64,000 nt of DNA from the human T2T-CHM13v2.0 reference genome, Homo sapiens. The DNA is taken from assembly GCF_009914755.1 (NCBI RefSeq), contig NC_060927.1; one strand, written 5' to 3'. A program made the position numbers and the translations under genes. A model generated the notes under the pieces. That model worked only from the letters and a program-made list of their open reading frames with translations. It searched no databases and was not told where the DNA came from. Of this stretch, positions 55,881 to 64,000 are shown in pieces; positions within the stretch are counted from its first letter, which is position 1; each line of letters begins with the position of its first letter.

Positions 55881-58355
55881 ATACTCTGTGATGTTGAGAA
55901 GCTTGAAATCTACAGTTTCACAAGACTACATCTTCTTAAAAAGAGATGGGGACGTCCCCTTATTAATTAAACATATTGTGATCTAACTAGTCTCCAAATA
56001 TAACTTAATAAACTTGAAAGTAAAAATATGTGTAGCAAAGTGTATACGTATTAGAGATCATAAAATTATGCATGAGAATAATACAATTTTTAAGGTAGTG
56101 GTTACCTCTGAAGTTTTTGGAAAAGCGGGTGCTAGAACTCTAACTTCTAGGTTACATGCATACATGCCTGGGAAGGAAGGAAGACAGGAAGGGATGAAGG
56201 GAGGAAGGGAGGAAGGAGAGGATGATATCAGATGGAGAAAGAAACAGAAATGATGAGATGTCTACTGATAAGAAAAGTAAAGTTCAGGTGAAGGCTGAGA
56301 GATATTTTATAGTGACCTGACTCTTAGTAATCGTAACTGCTTTATAATCCAGTTATGTGTCTTGGTTTCCTAACAATTAATAGCAAAGAACCCCTTCAGT
56401 GGGTTTTTACAACCAATGTAATAAAATGATTAATAAAAGACAGTTCCACCTAGAAAACTGAACGGTATAAACATTTATCCATCTCCTCTCTAAAATTCCC
56501 TCAGTATCATTCCCTGCTCCCTAAATATTCCAACAGTATTTGCTTATATTTTAGTACAAAAGAGTTTGTTGCCTTTATCAACTCAGTAATTTCATGTGTC
56601 CCATTCTTTAAGGCATAATGAAATAACTACACTGGACACATTGAGAAAAAGTTTTGCATTGTCGTATGAATATATCAGCATTTTGCAATATTAGTATCCA
56701 AAATGATTGAAAATAGTTTGCTTAAAAATGTAACTTTTTAAATTGGAGATTCTCCTCCTTTAAATATAAGTATACTTGCAATTAATATATCTTCTCCATA
56801 TTTTTTAACTTTGAGGATAACCAAATAGTTTAAATGTAGTAATTGGATATTCCTTGACCTTCGTACATTGACTTACCCCTCCACATCCGGATTCTTCTCT
56901 CTTCTTTTACTCTCCAGGTGCTCCACATGATGCAAGGCCTGGTCCAAGTCCCCACACCCACCTCAGACTGAAATAACCTTTTTGTGATCAGAAGGCTAAT
57001 TAGTATGTATTACAACTATTACACATTTGGTCTTAGGCATGTGCTGCATAGAGATACCCTTTCTGCTGTCATCTTCAACTACTATATAATTCTGGTGGGT
57101 TTTAATTTTAGTGTTCATATCTCATCTTCCTCAATACACATGATTCTGAAATGCATAGTCTTCTTAATTGGCTCTGAACTGGAAAAAAGTTATGTCTTTC
57201 TCTCAGTTCCTTAGGTAAATGATGTATAATTCCATTGGCTTTCACTTTTACACTATTAAGCAGTTCTTATTAGTAACCTACTAAATATATTAAGTGTAAC
57301 TAAGATTTTGTATTCATAAACCAAAATTGGTATATTGTTGGACTTATCGAAGACTCTAATTCAACATTCTTTTAAAAACATTGACTGCCACGTGGCAGTT
57401 GGCAATATTTTCAACAAGTATGAGAATTTCAATGATTCTAGAGAAAGCTTTGTTATTATGTTATTAATGTTGTCTTAAGTAAATGTTTTTTCTGCTACTT
57501 TAAATTATTCATTATATATCATTATAAATAATACATCACTACCTATTTAGATTTTTATGACTTTAAAATTAATTAATCTCACAAAAAGTTGTGTTATGTA
57601 TTTCTATTAACAGGACTTTAATTACTCACACCTCTAAATTATTCATACTCAGTTTCTGGAACAAGTGTACACGTAATGCCATCTCCTTTTCCAAATTTTT
57701 TTGGGATGGAGACACTGATCGTATATCCTGTGAATGTGTACTGTTCTAATATCTTCCAATATACTGTCAAAGTGAGCATAATGAAAATATTGGGCTATGT
57801 ATAATTTTTAGGCCTAATTTATATATAAAACATGCATGTAAGCACACTTGCTTTTCTCATCAAGATATAAAAAAGATTCCTATATATTTATAGCAACAAA
57901 TGTACAACAATTTGTTCTTCTTCAATACTCCACTGCCCATAGGCCTATTTTTCACTAGAAAGCACGAAAGATCTTCTGTTCTAAGGTGGAAATGACTGAA
58001 AAAGTTCGAAAGCCCTGTATACCAAACTACCAGAAGTGACTATACTTTAGGACAGGGACTAAGCATAATTTGCTTTCCCTATAATATCGAAAAACATACC
58101 CTGGATCTCATTAGGTTCTCCATGGAATGGTGTTGGAGATTCAGTTTGATCCCACACATTGAAACAGCACCTGTCCATGTATTATTTCTATTAATAAATG
58201 AATTCTAGTTTGAAAGACTGAGAATCAAGTACAGTTTTTTTACAGTTACAAATGCACTTTTATGGTAAAACTAAATTTTGATAGACATTTTTGGTTAGGT
58301 GAGATATGGCAAATAAATGTAGCAGTTTAATTTTCTCCATAGAAATGAGAAGTAA

Positions 58356-58863
<508 letters not shown>

Positions 58864-59025
58864 TCATACGTTTATTCACTCACAAAGTGGGTAGCTGAGA
58901 CATCATAAGGTCTTCAGGTTAGTTTTTATCTTTAAATGAAAATGAGAGAAAGTAAAGAAGAAATTCATTTCTACTCTGGCGTGTTTTACCAATGAATGCT
59001 TATTGGCTTCATTAAAATCCTTCAT

Positions 59026-59205
59026 TGTAGCGTTTCTCAAACTCTGGTATGTTTGAGAATCACTTGGACATCTTGTACATACAGATCCCTGAGTTTCAGC
59101 CCCAGAAATTGAGAAGGTCTTAGGTGGGGACCCAAATGTGCCCTTCTAACGAGTTCCCAGGTGATGCTGATGCTTCTCATCAAAGGACCAGACATAAGTA
59201 GCATT
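59026..59205. mobile_element. MER5A
   Basis: TTTCTCAAACTCTGG..GAGAATCACTTGG..TTCTAACGAGTTCCCAGGTGATGCTGATGCT. Confidence 0.8.
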
Positions 59206-59333
59206 TCAAGTCCGCTGACAAGCAAGATGTCATAAAACATAGATGTTATGTAAGAAACACGAAAAGCCTTGGCCATGCAGAGCAAGATGGTGATTACTTA
59301 CTAGTGATTGCTGTTATCCACGATACTAGTACC

Positions 59334-59656
59334 GGCCGGGCGCGGTGGCTCACGCCTGTCATCCCAGCACTTCGGGAGGCCGAGGCGGGCGGATCACGAG
59401 CTCAGGAGATCGAGACCATCCTGGCTAACACGGTGAAACCCCGTCTCTACTAAAAATACAAAAAATTAGCCGGGCGTGGTGGCGGCGCCTGTAGTCCCAG
59501 CTACTCGGGAGGCTGAGGCGGGAGAATGGCGGGAACCCGGGGGGCGGAGCTTGCAGTGAGCCGAGATGGCGCCACCGCCCTCCAGCCTGGGCGAGAGAGC
59601 CAGACTCCGTCTCAAATAAATAAAAAATAAATAAATAAATAGATAGATAAATAAAA
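59334..59656 (+). mobile_element. Young AluY-type element (lineage-variant)
   Basis: Same AluY diagnostics; (TAAA/TAGA) tail; TSD ATACTAGTAC at 59323-59332 and 59657-59666. Confidence 0.97.
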
Positions 59657-60099
59657 ATACTAGTACTGTGTAACCCAAAAGTAAAAGATAATTATTTATT
59701 GGTGCATAAAATAGTAAGAACCAGAAAGAACATAGGCCAGTTCTCATTTGAGAATCTGATGTTACTGAGATTTTTTCTACCCACACACTTTTAATGTGTG
59801 TCATTAAGTATTTAATAACTGCAATAGCTATCTGGAGGCAGAACATGTCACACATCCTCTATGATGGTATAAACTAGAAGTAGAGAGTCAGAACTTCGGC
59901 CAGATTTTACTGACAATTTGGTCAATGTGGTAGTTTTTAGAATTTAACAATGTTTTTTTTTCAAAAGAAAAGGAAAAATCAATACTCTGAATAACAAACA
60001 GTTGGCCCTGGCATCTATTTCACATTTTTCCTGGAAAATGGCACCAATTCCCCAATGTTATGTTAGGGCTTTGTTTTAAGATTTGTAGATAGAAGGAAA

Positions 60100-60118
60100 G
60101 AGTGCCACCTGCTGAGGA
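60100..60118 (-). promoter_or_regulatory. Candidate CTCF binding site
   Basis: AGTGCCACCTGCTGA closely resembles the CTCF core AGYGCCMYCTRSTGG in repeat-free sequence; motif match only. Confidence 0.4.
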
Positions 60119-60699
60119 AGCCCAGTGCTTACTCCAGCACAGTGGACACAGCGTGGCCGCCCTGACTTAACCTTCTTAGCACCTTGAAAAAAAAAAAAAA
60201 GGTGTAAATCTATCCATAAGGCAGGAAGAACAAAACGCCCAGAAGAAATTGTCAGTTGGATCTAGACCTTTCAAAACTAAAGGACTCTAATTTGTCCATG
60301 TCTTCAAATCATTTTAGAGTATTTATGAGTTATAATTACACAGGGATATTGGGATGCCCCATCTATTGAATCTAAGACTATATGAAAGACAAAAACTGTG
60401 ATCAAGTTCTTCTGAATCTGTAGAAGCAAGCTGAGAGAAAGCACCTTAGAAATATGAAATCATTGTTATTTTATTCAAAATTGCAAAATGACCTAGTCTC
60501 TCCAACCAGGTTGGTTTTTTTTTTTAATTTTCTATTCAAATTTAACCAATTCAGCCTCTCAAATCTTTCAAATCATTAATTGAATTAATTTGTAGGATTT
60601 AGCAAAAAAAAAATGCCTTGCCTAAAAATCTGCTTCAATATATATCAAAGATAGGTTAAAATATCTTTCAAGATCACAGATTATGGAACTATTGCATGG

Positions 60700-60880
60700 G
60701 TTAATATCAAATATTTGCTCTTTACTAGCTATGTGGCCTTAAATGGTTATTTGTACCTTGGTGTGCTAATTGGTGAAATATAGATGGTAAGATCATAGAA
60801 TTATTTTGAGAAAAATGAGATGATAAAGCAATATGCAAGTACCATAAGTAAATGCTCAATAAATATAAGTTGCCACTAAC
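60700..60880 (+). mobile_element. MIR
   Basis: CTTTACTAGCTATGTGGCCTTAAATGGTTATTT...AGTAAATGCTCAATAAAT. Confidence 0.6.
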
Positions 60881-61649
60881 ATTTATTATTATTAAAAGTT
60901 ATGAAAAATAACCCTGAAGAAATTCTTACAAGCACAGAGCTAAATAGCTGGACAACTGAAAGTCAAATTCAAGTATAATTCAGTTTTGGAAATAGAATAA
61001 AATTTTAAAATCTTTTCTCTACATTACATAAAAAGTTATTAATATTAAAGGGAATAACCTTTGCATAAAAACTTTGCAGATATGTTATCAATCAAGTTGG
61101 AGAAACTATTCATCATTTAACATGTTTATTTTATGTGGTCAAAAATTAACATGATTTAATAGGAAACTAAACTATTAGTTTCCCAAAAACTTCTTGCACA
61201 GGAGTGCTTCTTCTTTTCAAACACTGAAGTCAAACTGGATGACCTAAATAATATTTTTTGCTTGAATTTCATGTGCGCTTAGCTTATAGGGTTTTTTCCT
61301 TTTGCTTTGTTTTAAATTAAATTATACTATACAATATTCTAGCCTGTTAAACTGATGAGATTTCAGGGGCAAATTCATTTGATAAGTTATAAGAATTACT
61401 TTATTATTTCATACAAAATCATATTCAGAGATAGGCAGATAATTTCAAAATAGAAGTTCTAGGCTTCAACGTAAATAACTGCTGTCTGCCAACAATCCAT
61501 GTGCTTTCCATAAAACAAGACCAAGAGATAAATATGACAGCAATTAAGATATTTATTAGATTTCAGGTTACACTATGTGAATCACTGAACCTTCTAATTG
61601 ATTTATTCTTTGTTGCCTATAACTTACTTTAACATACTTCAGCACAGGC

Positions 61650-61692
<43 letters not shown>
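61650..61692. repeat. (TG)n microsatellite
   Basis: Near-perfect TG run. Confidence 0.97.
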
Positions 61693-61697
<5 letters not shown>

Positions 61698-63524
61698 TCT
61701 GAACCTAGAGGTAGTTATCCAAATGAGAAATATAGTCACCAGGTGTTTAGCTAATATTTAAAAGGCCTCATCCAGTCAAAAGTTACACACCAGAGGTAGA
61801 CAGCTATAAGCAGTATTTTACATCCCCTCACCATATTAATTAGCATTAAGGGTGTCAGTGGTGGCCTTTCGTTGGTTAAACTGGTAGAATTCAACTTAAG
61901 TGGATTGTCTGGAACATTGTAGAGATATTCTCACCCTTGTATGAACATGGTATAAGGATCTAGACATATCAGTGTTCTACACTATGAACAATGCCCTAAG
62001 GGTCATGCATAAATGCTGATCTCGAGAGTTTTTGTTACCCCACTGTGACCAGATGATTAAACTATCCCTGCCTTGAGAAGACTGTTATAAACATGATATC
62101 ATGCAAGGAGTAGATGGAACATTTAAATGGACAGAGAGCTAGGATTTCACTGACCTTACAGAAAAAGTCTACAGTGTCCTATTCTTACTTGGATATACAA
62201 CGTAAGAATATCTTTTATCTATCTTACAATTTGTAAAGTCCTTTAATCTGGATAATCTGACTTGCTTTTCATAGTCATCTAATGAGGACAGTCAAAAGAT
62301 TATAAAGTTGCTAATTTCTAAGAGGAAACTAAGTAACTGTTTGAGTTGCCTACATGGCAGAACTCGGTCTTCTATTGAAGTTTTCTGAATCTGCCCCAGG
62401 GTTCTTGATCCATTACGTGTGAACTGGTGTTGAAATACCTTCAGGACTTGTATGCTCATGTTGCTGTGGAGCTAGCCATAATTCCAGCTCGTTGTATTCA
62501 TTAAAGAAAGAAATTATCGTGCCTTATTTCAATGCGAGACTCTGTTCTGTTTCTGAGTGGACTGGATGATTTTCTGGCTTAATAATATTACTTCTATGTA
62601 AATTCTGTTTACATTGGTAGAGTTAAAAGTATAGATATGACTACAAATAATTTAACAAGTCAAACCATCAAAGTTGTATTTATTATTCTGTGTATAGAAT
62701 AATACATGACCCTGCAACTGTCATCTGATGATTGTTCAGCTGGAAAAAAATGGGTACTATTGATAAAAAAAAATACATCACCCTTTGGATGTTTTTACCT
62801 GTGAGATTAACCTTTGTTAAATATGGGAGTATTTGTTTTTAATGAGAGTGTTCTGTGTGTCTACTGGTGTAGAACCTTTATGCTAAGGTCATGAGGAATA
62901 ACATAATGAAATGTCTAAAACACTATTACGTGTGCCAATTCCACTCATCGCCTATAGAAATATTTGTTTTAATGTATCAAAATGCTGTTTTTCTCCTGTT
63001 AATAAATAGTTATATCTACTATTTTATTCCTAGAGGTTTTTAACGCTTTTCATATAGCTATGAAGTCTCTTAAAAGATGGATCACAAAAAAGAGTGTCCC
63101 TGAAGTCCACTGTTTAACTGAAACTTTTTTGTTTTTTTTTAAATCAGGTAGAAACCTGAATAATTTCTCAACTTATCCTTTTCTCTCATTACCTGACTGC
63201 CTACCAACAAGAAAATAAAAGGATTTCATTTAGAAATGTAAAAAGACAGTTAATATTCAGACTTCTAATAACTTGGGAAGCATGTTGTTATATACAGCAA
63301 ATGGCTTCACCTCTCAGAGCCCAAGTTTCTTTATTTCCTCATGTTATTTGAATCTCAATCTCATTCATCCTTATAATTGGATTTTTTTCTCTCTCTCTCT
63401 TTTTCCTTGGGCAATCTCTTGTGGAAAAAAAACAAACAAAAAAATGGGAATACAGTTGCTAATAAAGGCCATGTGAGGGCAGGCCTTCTGTGTCCCAAAC
63501 TAAGAACTCCTGACACAGAGACAG

Positions 63525-63785
63525 CCTAGCCTAATGGATGTGAGCTGCCTGGGTTTCATTCCCTGCTGCACCACTCACCATCCGAGTGACCTTGGGCCCG
63601 ATATTTTAAACCCTCTGTACTTCCATTTTGTCATCAATAGCAAGAATACAACAATAACATTTACTTTATAGAAATGACTCTCAGATAAAATGTAAAACAA
63701 AAAACACATCACTAGTTACATACAGTGCTTAGAACAAATATCTCGCACATACTAAGTATTTAATTAATGTTAGCGAGTAATACTA
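63525..63785 (+). mobile_element. MIR, near full length
   Basis: CTGCCTGGGTTTCATTCCCTGCTGCACCACTCACCATCCGAGTGACCTTGGGC..AAACCCTCTGTAC..TAAGTATTTAATTAATGTTAGC. Confidence 0.85.
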
Positions 63786-64000
63786 TCATCATCACTTTTC
63801 TACTGCTGAATTTTCTGGTTTTAATAACTTTATTTTCGAAACCATCCATGATATGGCCTATTTTGGCACCACTGGGAGTGCTGCCATCTTCTCAAATAGA
63901 AAGCAATTGAGAACAATTCAGAATAAATTAGACCTCTGAAGATATGTCAGCCCCTTCACAGGAGACTCATTTTCAAAACCTGCTACCTCTAGGGCACTGC

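Overview
This is eukaryotic (primate) non-coding DNA, AT-rich and CpG-depleted, with a large share made of interspersed repeats. The repeats are L1 LINEs (L1PA, L1MA, L1ME/MC), 13 Alus, MIR/L2, MaLR/ERV LTRs (THE1, MLT1, MLT2, MER21, MER39, LTR33-like) and DNA transposon relics (MER3, MER5A, MER58A, MER47, Tigger2a, Tigger3). I find no intact host gene, RNA gene or CRISPR array. The ORFs I can recognise are broken L1 ORF1/ORF2 pieces, Alu read-throughs or simple-repeat artefacts. Two young AluY-type copies share variants that depart from the human AluY consensus as I recall it, which suggests a non-human primate (possibly an Old World monkey; inference only). I did not find a convincing new biological system. 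The most unusual structures are retrotransposition mechanics. (1) An 8.3-kb double-L1 composite sits under one 14-bp TSD inside a split MIR. (2) An Alu-arm/L1 chimera sits under one TSD, and its target site has a 17-nt exact match to the L1 3' end. (3) There is a nested L1/L1/Alu stack. (4) There is a 300-bp local duplication. Candidate enhancers, a CTCF site and possible lncRNA exons are low-confidence. Subfamily names come from recalled consensus sequences and boundaries are approximate unless a TSD is given.
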